A stretch of DNA of 64,000 nt from Meyerozyma guilliermondii. Lineage: Eukaryota. Each line of letters begins with the position of its first letter. Position 1 is the first letter of the stretch. Location of the stretch: NCBI GenBank assembly GCA_051546255.1, contig CP128821.1, positions 124,001 to 188,000 of the forward strand. The letters are read 5' to 3'. Shown piece by piece: positions 1-10,339 of this stretch. Under the pieces are notes generated by a model. It had not been told where the DNA came from. It searched no databases and was given only the letters and a program-made list of their open reading frames with translations. The position numbers and the translations under genes were made by a program.

Positions 1-167
1 TGAGACGTTGAAAAAGTTTGCTTAAGTTGAAGTTTGCATAAAATTAGAAAGATTACTGAAGTTAGAAGATCAATGCAAGACGCCGATTTGGAACAGATAA
101 GAAATTTTAGTTTCTGTAGTCAATTGGACATGGAAGTTTCTGTCCTGCCGTCTTGGCTCGTTCAGGC

Positions 168-188
168 CGTTCCTGCACACACCACCAG
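168..188 (+). repeat. 21-bp element CGTTCCTGCACACACCACCAG, copy 1 (upstream of RXT2)
   Basis: Identical to 1153-1173. Confidence 0.9.
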
Positions 189-221
189 TACTTCATTCAT
201 CGCACTCAACACTCATTCTCC

Positions 222-1133
222 ATGCTAGATCCCCAGTCGTTGGAGATCATCTCCCAGTTCAAACAGTCGTTGTTCCAGCGCCGGACAGCTGTCCAGCCCC
301 CGGCATTGGTCGTTTCAAACCGGGGAAACAAACTCTCAAGTTCCGGTTTGGGCGGACCGGCTGACGGCGACCTTCGAACAAAACTTGTCGAATACGATAA
401 CACCTCACAGGTGGTGTATACTAATGACGAACTAGAGCGCAGTAATCGACGGAGCAAGCGCAAGTGGAATGCGGAACATGGAGTAAATGACGACGATAAC
501 GAGTCAGAAACCAGTGACTCGGACCCCGGCTCAGACGATGACCATCCACTTAAAAAGATCCGACTTTCGGAAATTTTGGCACCATTGACACACCCGTCCG
601 AGTTGGTGACACATACTGCAATCCTGAAGACTTACAAACTGCCGGTGTTTACCAATTTGGCCAATAATCTCATCCATCTCATTGAGGTGGAACAGAACAA
701 CTTGAACTGGCTCAACAAGCTTTTGCAAGTCTTGAACGGAGAAGACTGGTACTATGTGCTCGAGGACAAGATGGGTCTCGAAAAATACGACCATGGGCTT
801 AACGACGATGGAAAATCGACGGAAAATGGCAACGACGACCAGGGCGATGACAAAAGAATTACAAGAAGCACCAACCTGCTGGAGGTCAATGACCCGTTCT
901 TTGCTCTCCCAGAGACGTTTAAGCGCTACGAGGCGTTCCAGACCCGCCTGACAGAAGAACCTGAAGATCCTGCTCGGGAAGAGTTGATCAACTATCTCCA
1001 GGTGAGCATCCAGCGACAGCACGAATACATTAAAAATTTGACCCAGCTCCGCAATGGGTTGGTTCGGGCCGACCGGCTCAAGCAGGACTTGCTCAAGTGG
1101 GCGAAAGAGATGCACGACAAGAAGTCTACGTAA
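222..1133 (+). CDS. RXT2: Rpd3L histone deacetylase complex subunit Rxt2-like
   Basis: First ATG at 222 (the track ORF starts at a TTG). RXT2_N-like NRGNKL motif, LAPLTHPSEL block and C-terminal coiled coil. RXT2 lies near POL30/TIM12/PBY1 in S. cerevisiae. Confidence 0.75.
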   Translation: MLDPQSLEIISQFKQSLFQRRTAVQPPALVVSNRGNKLSSSGLGGPADGDLRTKLVEYDNTSQVVYTNDELERSNRRSKRKWNAEHGVNDDDNESETSDSDPGSDDDHPLKKIRLSEILAPLTHPSELVTHTAILKTYKLPVFTNLANNLIHLIEVEQNNLNWLNKLLQVLNGEDWYYVLEDKMGLEKYDHGLNDDGKSTENGNDDQGDDKRITRSTNLLEVNDPFFALPETFKRYEAFQTRLTEEPEDPAREELINYLQVSIQRQHEYIKNLTQLRNGLVRADRLKQDLLKWAKEMHDKKST

Positions 1134-1152
1134 CAGTGGTTACTTGCAGGCT

Positions 1153-1173
1153 CGTTCCTGCACACACCACCAG
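1153..1173 (+). repeat. 21-bp element CGTTCCTGCACACACCACCAG, copy 2 (upstream of POL30)
   Basis: Identical to 168-188. Confidence 0.9.
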
Positions 1174-1209
1174 CCTTCAAAAGTCGCGGCGCGTCTTTTT
1201 TCATCAACC

Positions 1210-1989
1210 ATGCTTGAAGGAAAATTTGACGAAGCGTCTCTCTTGAAAAAAATCGTAGATTCCATCAAGGATTGCGTCAAACTATGCAATTTCAACTGCA
1301 CAGAACACGGAATTACCGTGCAAGCGGTGGACGATTCCAGAGTTTTGTTGGTTTCTTTGTTGGTGGGTCAAACCGCGTTCAGCGAGTATCGTTGTGACCG
1401 CAATATTACATTGGGAATTGACTTGGAGAGTTTTTCCAAGATTATTCGATGCGGAAACAACGAGGACTACTTGACGTTGTTGGCTGAGGACAATCCCGAC
1501 AACGTGATGACGATTTTCGAGGACAAGAAGAAGGAGAGGGTTAGTGAATATTCGTTGAAATTGATGGATATCGACTCGGAGTTCTTGAAAATCGACGACA
1601 TGGAGTACGATAGTGTGATAAATATGCCCTCGAGCGAATTTGCCAAGATTGTTCGTGATTTGAAGAATTTGAGTGAATCGTTGAACATCATTGTCACCAA
1701 GGATTCGGTGAAATTTACTTCCGAGGGTGAAAGCGGTACTGGATCGGTGGTTTTGAAGCCATACACCGACATGGACCACCCTGAGGAGAGCATCAACGTG
1801 AATTTGGAGAATCCTGTCGACTTGACGTTTGGATTGAAGTACTTGAATGATATTATCAAGGCTACTAGTTTGTCGGGATCCATCAGCATCAAGTTGGCCG
1901 ACAAGACCCCAGCATTGTTTGAATACAAGTTGGACGCGGGCGGCTACTTGAGATTCTACTTGGCACCCAAATTCGATGAAGATGATTAA
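1210..1989 (+). CDS. POL30: PCNA sliding clamp
   Basis: MLEGKFDEASLLKKIVDSIKD...QAVDDSRVLLVSL...LRFYLAPKF; 259 aa from ATG 1210. Confidence 0.98.
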   Translation: MLEGKFDEASLLKKIVDSIKDCVKLCNFNCTEHGITVQAVDDSRVLLVSLLVGQTAFSEYRCDRNITLGIDLESFSKIIRCGNNEDYLTLLAEDNPDNVMTIFEDKKKERVSEYSLKLMDIDSEFLKIDDMEYDSVINMPSSEFAKIVRDLKNLSESLNIIVTKDSVKFTSEGESGTGSVVLKPYTDMDHPEESINVNLENPVDLTFGLKYLNDIIKATSLSGSISIKLADKTPALFEYKLDAGGYLRFYLAPKFDEDD

Positions 1990-2011
1990 ATACTAATATA
2001 CAATTTCAGGA

Positions 2012-2545
2012 TTAAAGTGGGGGAAGAAATGCGATACGAGTACCGGATTTTTCATGCAAAGGTAATACCAACCGGAACGCATCGTGGGTGTTCAAATAGT
2101 ACCGGTACAACCTCTTTGTCCTCATGAATCCCATGGACTCGTATAGTCGCAATGCCCCATCATTTATCACCTCGGTTTCGAGCATTACCTCATCGACATC
2201 ATCTTGGGTAATCATCGCATTGATTGACCGGCGTACAAGTTCCGATGCGATTCCCTGGCCGCGAAATTCCGGCTCAATTACTAGCATGCCGATGTATCCG
2301 CGCATTCGCACGTCTCGATGAGGTTCCACTTTGGATATTATTACGCCAATTATATCGTCATCGTCGTCGTCGTTGGAAGCTGGTGTTTGGGTGCTCCGCA
2401 CCACGAAGCAGTACTGGGGCCAAGTGTTGAGAAAGTACCAATAGACATAGATGGAATAAGGTTCTGAAAGATGGTCACTGATCAAACGAGTGATGGCGTC
2501 GAACTCGCGGGGTTTGACCTGGAAGCGGTCGTAGCGAAAGGGCAT
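2012..2545 (-). CDS. MAK3: NatC N-terminal acetyltransferase catalytic subunit
   Basis: LSEPYSIYVYWYF, RGYIGMLV, RGQGIA, LETEV and LYRYYLN motifs of Mak3/Naa30. Confidence 0.95.
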   Translation of the reverse strand: MPFRYDRFQVKPREFDAITRLISDHLSEPYSIYVYWYFLNTWPQYCFVVRSTQTPASNDDDDDDIIGVIISKVEPHRDVRMRGYIGMLVIEPEFRGQGIASELVRRSINAMITQDDVDEVMLETEVINDGALRLYESMGFMRTKRLYRYYLNTHDAFRLVLPLHEKSGTRIAFLPPL

Positions 2546-2721
2546 GAAATGAAATGAGCCGTGCAGGAAAGTAATGAGTGCGGATTTAGTGCGAATTGAT
2601 CAGTTTGTGCTAAAAACCAATTGCGAATGAAAGAATAAACCTGGTGCGATCGATCGCGCGTGCAGGAAAAGATGAATTGCGATCACCTGGTGCTCGTCTG
2701 GTGAGATCCTGCACGCATCGC

Positions 2722-2738
2722 CGGCCTCCGGTTGTCCG
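2722..2738. promoter_or_regulatory. Gal4-type CGG-N11-CCG site in the FBA1 promoter
   Basis: CGG CCTCCGGTTGT CCG. Gal4 regulates glycolytic genes in CTG-clade yeasts. TATATAAA near 2963. Confidence 0.55.
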
Positions 2739-3015
2739 CGCCAACCGCCGGGTCAACCATCTCCACCTGTCCCATTATTGCAGCCATGTCCACCGCGTGC
2801 CCCCGGAACTACAGCCTAGACCGTGTTCCGCGCATTTTGCACCGCAATTGCTGTGGTCCTTTCATGCATCCCGCCGGTTTTATCCCGTGATCGTAACGTC
2901 ATCCAACATTTACCCGCACGCCATTCCTGTGTGGCCGGGCGTTAGTGTTCCTTGCACAAGTTTATATAAAGTGGAGGCCAACGCAGTGCGATTCGATTAA
3001 TTATTTAATTTTACA

Positions 3016-4098
3016 ATGTCAGTCCAAGACGTACTTTCTAGAAAGAGCGGTGTCATCTACGGTGATGATGTTCGTCAATTGTTCCTTTATGCTCAAAAGA
3101 AGGGATTTGCAATTCCTGCCATTAACGTGACTTCCTCCTCCACTGTTGTCGCTGCTTTGGAAGCTGCTCGTGATAACAAGTCACCAATTATCTTGCAAAC
3201 TTCGCAAGGTGGTGCTGCTTTCTTTGCTGGTAAGGGAGTAGACAACAAGAACCAGGAAGCTTCAATTGCTGGTGCCGTGGCTGCTGCTCACTATATTAGA
3301 TCAATTGCTCCAACCTACGGTGTTCCCGTGGTTTTGCACACCGATCACTGTGCCAAGAAATTGTTGCCATGGTTCGATGGAATGTTGGATGCCGATGAGG
3401 AATTCTTCAAGAAGACTGGTGAGCCATTGTTCTCGTCGCACATGTTGGACTTGTCTGAAGAATCTGACGAGGAGAACATTGGTACTTGCGTGAAATACTT
3501 TGAGCGTATGCACAAAATGGGCCAATTCTTGGAGATGGAAATCGGTATTACCGGTGGTGAAGAAGATGGTGTCAACAACGAACACGTACAAAAGGAATCG
3601 TTGTACACCTTGCCAGAAACCGTATACAAGGTTTACGAGGCCCTTTCCCCAATTGGTCCAAACTTTTCCATTGCCGCTGCTTTCGGTAACGTGCACGGTG
3701 TCTACAAGCCTGGTAATGTGCAATTGAAGCCAGAAATCTTGGGTGAGCACCAAAAGTACGCTAAGGAACAATCTGGCTCCAAGAACGACAAGCCATTGTT
3801 TTTGGTTTTCCATGGTGGATCCGGTTCGTCGCAACAGGAATTCGACACCGCCATCACCCACGGTGTGGTCAAGGTCAACTTGGACACTGACTGTCAATAC
3901 GCCTACCTCAGCGGTGTTCGTGACTACGTTTTGAAGAAGCAAGACTACCTCAAGACCCCAGTCGGAAACCCAGATGGAGAAGACAAGCCCAACAAGAAAT
4001 ACTTTGACCCTAGAGTGTGGGTCAGAGAAGGTGAGAAGACCATGACTGCCAGAATCAACGAGGCTTTGGAGATCTTCCACACCAAGGGACAAATCTAA
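3016..4098 (+). CDS. FBA1: Fructose-bisphosphate aldolase class II
   Basis: FAIPAINV, HTDHC, GNVHGVY and VFHGGSG motifs; strong codon bias. Confidence 0.98.
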   Translation: MSVQDVLSRKSGVIYGDDVRQLFLYAQKKGFAIPAINVTSSSTVVAALEAARDNKSPIILQTSQGGAAFFAGKGVDNKNQEASIAGAVAAAHYIRSIAPTYGVPVVLHTDHCAKKLLPWFDGMLDADEEFFKKTGEPLFSSHMLDLSEESDEENIGTCVKYFERMHKMGQFLEMEIGITGGEEDGVNNEHVQKESLYTLPETVYKVYEALSPIGPNFSIAAAFGNVHGVYKPGNVQLKPEILGEHQKYAKEQSGSKNDKPLFLVFHGGSGSSQQEFDTAITHGVVKVNLDTDCQYAYLSGVRDYVLKKQDYLKTPVGNPDGEDKPNKKYFDPRVWVREGEKTMTARINEALEIFHTKGQI

Positions 4099-4190
4099 GT
4101 GTATACTTGTGAGTCAATGAATTAAAAAGTAATCTACATTCACAGCCCTCAAAACTGATTTCTCGTATATACATGTACTCTGGTTTCACT

Positions 4191-4511
4191 TCAACTCTGC
4201 CCACGCATGCTATTAATCTTCTTATACTGTGGCAACGATGCCTCCGGCGTAAACCCTTTACTTTGAAGTGCGGTGCCAACCTCCAAATTGGCTTTGACAT
4301 ATTTCGCTACACAGCGATCAACGCAACACATTTCTCCGGTGTTCAAATCGGACTCTCCGTATTCGTGGGCAATGCATTTTTCTTTACAGGTATCGAGCAT
4401 GGAATTGAAAGTCAAAGACATGGCCTCATGTTGAATTTTGGCCAATTGGATCTTGGTCTCATCGACAATCGAGTTGGAGTACTGGGAAGTATTTCCTAAA
4501 AAAAACGACAT
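4191..4511 (-). CDS. TIM12: Small Tim chaperone (twin CX3C)
   Basis: CKEKC...CCVDRCVAK, MSFFL N-terminus and GF.PE tail as in Tim12; next to PBY1. Confidence 0.85.
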   Translation of the reverse strand: MSFFLGNTSQYSNSIVDETKIQLAKIQHEAMSLTFNSMLDTCKEKCIAHEYGESDLNTGEMCCVDRCVAKYVKANLEVGTALQSKGFTPEASLPQYKKINSMRGQS

Positions 4512-4744
4512 GGCTGTAAAGTGGTGGATTATATATGGTTTTTAGGGTTGTGATAGCAGGAAATAGCCATAAAATGACCCAAATGGTACCTGGGATGGGA
4601 TTTTTTACTGTGGCTCGGGAACACTCTGATCACAGGCGAGAAACAAATTGGGAATTTTTCAAAAGTTTCGCACCAAATTGAAGATAGTTGCAACTGGTGC
4701 AGTTGAATCGCAGTTGATTCACAGTTGATATCCACATCAAAAAG

Positions 4745-6799
4745 ATGCATATTCTTCTCACAAACGACGATGGGCCGTTGGACGACAAAACTTGTCCATA
4801 CATCAAATATTTGGTGGATGAAATCAACACTGCTACAGACTGGCAGTTGTCCATCGTCATCCCGAATCAACAACGCTCTTGGATAGGAAAGGCCCATTTT
4901 GCTGGAAGAACTCTCTCCACCACCTATATATACACCAAGACGTCGACAACCGTCAAAAACCCCGATATAAACTCCTACGATGGCCCATACGATACCCCCC
5001 AAAATCGGTCCTCTGACTACCAAGAATGGTGTCTTATAGACTCCACACCGGCTGCCTGTGCCGATATAGGCATTCACCACATGTACGAGACTCCCATAGA
5101 CTTGGTGGTCAGTGGACCAAATTTCGGCAAAAATTCTCTGAACTTGTACATCCTCACCAGTGGTACGGTAGGTGCTGCCATGGAAGCGGTGACCCACGGC
5201 GTCAAGTCGATAGCCTTGTCGTATGCGTTTAACAGTTTGGACCACGACTACCAAATTTTGAAAGAAGCTGCCAAGATTTCCGTGAAATTGATTGAAAAAT
5301 TGTATCACCAGTTGCAAATTCAGCCACAAGTAGACTTGTTTTCTGTCAATATTCCGCTTGTGGAGTCGTTGAAATTGGGTACGACAAGAATCCATTATGC
5401 TCCAATTCTCCAGAACCTGTGGAATTCAATTTATGCTCCAAATGTCGACGATAATGGACGCAAACAATTCTTGTGGAATCCTGATTTCAAAAAAGTTTAC
5501 AAAGACGGTTTGTTAGATACCAGCCATACAGATAGCAGGGTCTTGCTCAACGAGGGCATCAGTGTGACTCCGTTGCGTGCTGCATTCACGGTGACCCATC
5601 CTCTTGAAGGAGAAATTGTTCTTGAAGACAAAACAGAAATTAGTTTTGAAAAAGCTAACTGGACTTGTCTTGTCACCATTCCTCAGACTTCTTATGTGTA
5701 TGACTCCATCGTTGAGGCTTGCAAAAGGAACAAAATACCCTTTACAACGGACAAAAATATTTTAAGTCTGACAGAGAAAGTTTTCCATTACGGTGAATAC
5801 GAAGACTTGGACATTGACTTGCTCCAGGAACACCCAGAACGGTATTTTGTATGCTCATACATTTACAGAAAGTCGCTTATTCGCAAGCACTTTCTTGCCA
5901 ACACAGTGCACCATTATGTGGCCAAGAACCCGCTGCTGGTATTGACGAAAGCTGTTCCAGAAACCTTCCAACTTGAAGTTGATTATGCTGAGTTTCTCGA
6001 TGATGCCCTAGATGAATGCTACGAGTTGCGCCAGGAGTTGGAAACAGGGAAAGATACATGGATATTAAAGCCCAGTATGTCCGATAAGGGCCAAGGAATA
6101 AGACTTTTCAAAACGGTGAAACAATTGCAAGCAATTTTCGATTCTTTCGAACTGGAAAGTGATGACGAAGAAGAAAATGGAGTGATTGTTTCACAGCTTC
6201 GTCATTTCATTGTACAAAAGTACATTTCCAATCCATTGCTATTGGGCCAATGCAATAATAGAAAGTTCCATCTTCGCACCTATGTGGTTTGTGCGGGAAA
6301 TCTTCTGGTATATGTTTACAAAGATATCTTGTGTTTGTTTGCTGATTCCCCCTACACACAGCCAGACGGTTCAGAGACAGAAGTAGCCATGGATGGTCAT
6401 TTGACCAATACTTGTATTCAAGGAAACGAGCCCTTGGTGGTTCCGTTTTGGGATCTTGAGTATCAAAAGAAAGATGTCATTTTTGACCAAGTCAAGGAAA
6501 TCACAGCAGACTTGTTCAAGGCCGCCGTCAACGTCGACAGAATGAACTTCCAGCCGCTCGACAACGCAATTGAAATTTATGGCATAGATTTTTTGGTTGC
6601 AAATGATAACCAAGTTTCACTCTTGGAGGTCAATGCATACCCTGATTTCAAGCAAACCGGACGAGAATTGAAAACCATAATTGACACTCTCTTTGAGCAA
6701 ACTCTTACCACATTGGTAGGACCCTTAATCTCCCAAACTGGTGGCGGAACACTGACCAAGTTGATACTGGTGTTGCAACCAACCAAAATGTCGCAATAA
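4745..6799 (+). CDS. PBY1: SurE plus tubulin-tyrosine-ligase-like fusion protein
   Basis: N-terminal ILLTNDDG/SGPNFG/SGTVGAA (SurE) and C-terminal WILKPS, RKFHLRTYV, HLTN, LLEVN (TTL ATP-grasp). Confidence 0.95.
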   Translation: MHILLTNDDGPLDDKTCPYIKYLVDEINTATDWQLSIVIPNQQRSWIGKAHFAGRTLSTTYIYTKTSTTVKNPDINSYDGPYDTPQNRSSDYQEWCLIDSTPAACADIGIHHMYETPIDLVVSGPNFGKNSLNLYILTSGTVGAAMEAVTHGVKSIALSYAFNSLDHDYQILKEAAKISVKLIEKLYHQLQIQPQVDLFSVNIPLVESLKLGTTRIHYAPILQNLWNSIYAPNVDDNGRKQFLWNPDFKKVYKDGLLDTSHTDSRVLLNEGISVTPLRAAFTVTHPLEGEIVLEDKTEISFEKANWTCLVTIPQTSYVYDSIVEACKRNKIPFTTDKNILSLTEKVFHYGEYEDLDIDLLQEHPERYFVCSYIYRKSLIRKHFLANTVHHYVAKNPLLVLTKAVPETFQLEVDYAEFLDDALDECYELRQELETGKDTWILKPSMSDKGQGIRLFKTVKQLQAIFDSFELESDDEEENGVIVSQLRHFIVQKYISNPLLLGQCNNRKFHLRTYVVCAGNLLVYVYKDILCLFADSPYTQPDGSETEVAMDGHLTNTCIQGNEPLVVPFWDLEYQKKDVIFDQVKEITADLFKAAVNVDRMNFQPLDNAIEIYGIDFLVANDNQVSLLEVNAYPDFKQTGRELKTIIDTLFEQTLTTLVGPLISQTGGGTLTKLILVLQPTKMSQ

Positions 6800-6967
6800 T
6801 GTCGCGGTGGTTCGGTCACGGATTACGGTCGTGCGCCGCTAATGAAAATTTAACGTCCCCGACTCGACATCCAACTTCGTTGATAGTATAGTTAACTTTT
6901 TTTTCCAGGGACAAAGTAGGAGTCGCATTCTTTGGCTTTGCCCGCGTAAATATCATTTACATCCATC

Positions 6968-8848
6968 ATGTCACAGCGAAGAAATAATAGAAACCAGCTG
7001 AAGCGCTCCTCCAATGGCACCAGCACTACCCCAGATGAACTTGGTAATTTGGTGGAAATGTTCCCAGACTGGGAATCTGATGATTTGGCATCACTCTTGA
7101 GTGAGCACAACAACCTTGTGGAAGTGGTGATTGATTTGATCGTAAACAATAAGGTTTCGAAATGGGAGCCTAGTAGAAAGGAAGTGAAGAACAAGAAGAA
7201 GGACAAAGAAGAAGATTCCAATGGTCAAACCACGGTTGTAGAACACCAGCACCGTCCCAAGGATCCCATTCCCAAAAAAACAGTGAGAAAACGGACGCAA
7301 AATCCTCCATCCCAGACATCGTCTCAACCTTCCAGTCATACTTCCACGCAGCAATCACAAACCCCAGTGAAGAGGGAAGCGTCATCTACTTCTGCCAGTG
7401 CACCACCAGGCAATTCGTGGGCAGCTGCCTTGGCAAAGGATAAGCCCAAGCCCAAAACTGCTACTAAGGAAACCAAGGAAGTTAAGGAAGAACCCAAAGA
7501 AAAAGAACCAAAAGAACAAAGAGAACCCAAGTCGCATAATAAAAAGACTGGCACCAAGCACCAGCCAAGACAGGAGACGGCACCAGAGCAAGAAAAGGAT
7601 ACGGTTGTGGACGAACCCGCACCAGTACAAGCATCTTCATGGGCCAGTGCCATTGCGCCAAAATCCAAGCCTAAGCCCAAGCCCAAGAAGGCTGCACCTG
7701 CTGCGTCTGAGTCACACTTGGAAGAACAGTCCCAGGCTGTTGATGAGCCCGTTGAGGAAACTTCGGAACCGGTTGTCCAAAAAGAGGCTCCAATTCCTGA
7801 ACCCGCTGCCAATGTAGTTTTACCACAAAATGCCGAAGTGGACAATGTTGGTGTTTCTTTTGGCTCGTTGGCTTTAGACGAGTCTTCGTTTGAGTATCAG
7901 CAACAGCAGACCCAGCAAAGCCAAAGCCAACAGGCTCAGCAAAGCCAACAGGCTCAGGCTCAACAGGCTCAAGCGCAGGCTCCAGTTCACACTCAACCAG
8001 TTCAAAGCCAGACTCAAAGCCAACCAGTTCAACAGTCTCAAGCTCAACAGCAACCTCAACAACCTCAACAACAACCTCAACAGCAAGAAGAACTCCCCAA
8101 GCAACAGCCCCATCCTCAATACGACTACTACTCGCAATTCCAACAACAGTTTCCCCAGCAAACCACCCAAAGTATGCCTGGAGCTCAGTTCGTATACCCT
8201 GGTATGGACTACAACTACACTCAACAGTCGGTGGCTTCGCCTGCTGCCAGCCATGTTTCGGCTGCTTCGTACCAATACGCCCAAGGTGGTCAAGGTCAAC
8301 CCACTAGTCAAGAAGGTAATGTGAGCACCCAATCACCCGTGGTCAATCCCTCGGTTCTTCAGCAGCAACAGCAAGTTCCTGCTGCCCCATATGGTTACCC
8401 TTACTACAATTACTACTACAACACTCCATTCTACGGTAACGGTGCTGGATTGCAACAAACCGGTTTCGGAGCTATTGGTGCCAATGGTACCGGTTCCAAC
8501 GCTCAAGGTGTAAGCGGCTCTTCTGGTTCAGTTTCTGGAGCCGCCGCGGGAGTGGCTAGTGGTGCCGGTGCTGCTGCTGGTGGATTTGTCAATGGATTTG
8601 GTAACTCGCAATATTACCAACCCAATCAATTTGGAAACAGATATCCATACAACTACCCTCAACAGCAACAACCACAGCAACCTCAATTGCAACCCTCGCA
8701 ACCCCAACAACCTGGTCAAGCAAAGGACAACGAACAAGTTCCAAGTGGCCAGCCGCAACCACAGCCTCCAATGCCTCAGTATGGTGCTTACCAACAATAT
8801 CCTCAGTACGGATACCAGGACAATTCACAATACCGTGGATGGTACTAG
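6968..8848 (+). CDS. DEF1: RNA polymerase II degradation factor Def1
   Basis: N-terminal CUE-like LVEMFPDW..DDL..LL, SWA motifs and long Q/P/Y-rich C-terminal region. Confidence 0.9.
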   Translation: MSQRRNNRNQLKRSSNGTSTTPDELGNLVEMFPDWESDDLASLLSEHNNLVEVVIDLIVNNKVSKWEPSRKEVKNKKKDKEEDSNGQTTVVEHQHRPKDPIPKKTVRKRTQNPPSQTSSQPSSHTSTQQSQTPVKREASSTSASAPPGNSWAAALAKDKPKPKTATKETKEVKEEPKEKEPKEQREPKSHNKKTGTKHQPRQETAPEQEKDTVVDEPAPVQASSWASAIAPKSKPKPKPKKAAPAASESHLEEQSQAVDEPVEETSEPVVQKEAPIPEPAANVVLPQNAEVDNVGVSFGSLALDESSFEYQQQQTQQSQSQQAQQSQQAQAQQAQAQAPVHTQPVQSQTQSQPVQQSQAQQQPQQPQQQPQQQEELPKQQPHPQYDYYSQFQQQFPQQTTQSMPGAQFVYPGMDYNYTQQSVASPAASHVSAASYQYAQGGQGQPTSQEGNVSTQSPVVNPSVLQQQQQVPAAPYGYPYYNYYYNTPFYGNGAGLQQTGFGAIGANGTGSNAQGVSGSSGSVSGAAAGVASGAGAAAGGFVNGFGNSQYYQPNQFGNRYPYNYPQQQQPQQPQLQPSQPQQPGQAKDNEQVPSGQPQPQPPMPQYGAYQQYPQYGYQDNSQYRGWY

Positions 8849-9137
8849 ACTAGCGAATGCATGGGTTATGAGAACTCTTCATTTTCACCTGTTCATGTTC
8901 ATTTTCATCTCTTTACTGTTCATCTTCACTGTTCACCTTCACTTTCACCTCACTGTTGCATTGTGCGGCTCGCCTGCACCAACTTCCCCTCAGTAAATTC
9001 CCGCACTGTCCACCGGCGTGCGCGCGTACATCCCAGCACTAACAAATATATGTCAGTACAGCAACCTCATAATTATCCGCCCCATATTAAAACCGCCCCT
9101 AGTTATTTTACACACAAATTTGTTAGCACATAGTTAA

Positions 9138-9561
9138 GTATGTATGAGAATTTCGATTATGCGCGCGGCTGGTAAAAATGGCTGCAACTACTAAATTGGC
9201 AATTGTGGTTCCTACTAGCACCTTTGAATGAACTTACACCGTCTACTTGTCGTGCTGAACGGTTCGAGTGGTATTTGTGGTTGACACCGTGTTTTCGAGA
9301 AAAATGGTGAGATTGTACAAAAACAACTTTCGCGTGTCAAGCTACCACACAAGTACCACAATAGTGGCCTACAAGTTTATGGTGTTTCTTCTACGTGCTA
9401 CACCAACCCCTATTCTCACAAACAGTGGATTACCGCAAATTGCCCCGGCTGGCTCACCACTGAGGCGGCAATTTCATGTGCCGCAAATTAGGGGTGGGTG
9501 CACCGGGTGTACCAGCCAGCCCACGAGAAACGCGTAAACAAACAACAACAAACTAACATAG
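9138..9561 (+). other. 5'-UTR spliceosomal intron of NHP6 (424 nt)
   Basis: GTATGT at 9138, branch AACTAAC at 9551-9557, TAG at 9559-9561, ATG 6 nt downstream. Confidence 0.75.
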
Positions 9562-9567
9562 TTTACC

Positions 9568-9840
9568 ATGGCTGAGAAGAGAAAAACCACCAGAAAGAAG
9601 AAGGACCCAGACGCACCCAAGAGGTCGTTGTCTGCCTACATGTTCTTTGCCAACGAGAACAGAGACATTATTAGAGCCGAAAACCCTGGTATTGCCTTTG
9701 GCCAAGTTGGTAAATTATTAGGAGAGAAGTGGAAGGCAATGAATGCCGACGAAAAGGTTCCTTACGAGACTAAGGCCGAGGCTGACAAGAAGAGATACGA
9801 GAAGGAAAAGGCAGAGTACGCTAAGAGAAACAGTGCCTAG
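9568..9840 (+). CDS. NHP6: HMG-box non-histone chromatin protein
   Basis: [22 protein letters not shown]...[13 protein letters not shown]. Confidence 0.97.
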   Translation: MAEKRKTTRKKKDPDAPKRSLSAYMFFANENRDIIRAENPGIAFGQVGKLLGEKWKAMNADEKVPYETKAEADKKRYEKEKAEYAKRNSA

Positions 9841-10339
9841 GCAGTGATGTTTACCGTGTATACTAAGTGTTCAGTATGTTTGTATTAGTTAGTTGAATGT
9901 TTTCGTTCAGAATGTAGCCACACACACACCATAGCAGGATACGCAGCGGTTGAGCATCTTTCCCACGTCGTCATACTGGTCATACTGAGCCCGTTGAAGA
10001 ATGGTGACTGGAACAATGCGAGGTTATCAAGCCCGTTAAATTTGAAGGAAATTATTTTTTATTCCATATCTCTTTCATTCAATGAACTGGTGCTGAGAGC
10101 CTCACTAACCATCAGTACAGCGTACTGGACCTTGTCTGCTTCATCACCTGGATGAATGCCAGAATATGAATTGGCTGCGAAATGCATAAAATTTATTAGT
10201 ACATAGACCAATGGATAACATGGTTTCTTATTAATAGATCATGGACCATCCAGATCATTATCCATTGGTGAGTCATATAATGTGTCATCTTATCATATCA
10301 TGTGTTGTTGAATGTAGTCACCTGTGCATATTATGTCGA

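Noticed and set aside
2644..3000. 118-aa ORF upstream of FBA1
   Set aside because: GTG start in GC-rich divergent promoter DNA containing Gal4 and TATA elements; no protein-like features.
3301..4092. Long antisense ORF over FBA1 (similar ones overlie POL30, ARB1, NIP1, BLM10 and PBY1)
   Set aside because: Shadow ORFs expected from codon bias of the real genes.
7895..8110. CAA/CAG-rich tandem repeats
   Set aside because: Coding poly-Q region of Def1; the same applies to repeats in SNF2, PEF1 and NIP1. Not a CRISPR array or satellite.
9268..9537. 89-aa ORF upstream of NHP6
   Set aside because: Lies inside the predicted 5'-UTR intron and has a non-ATG start.
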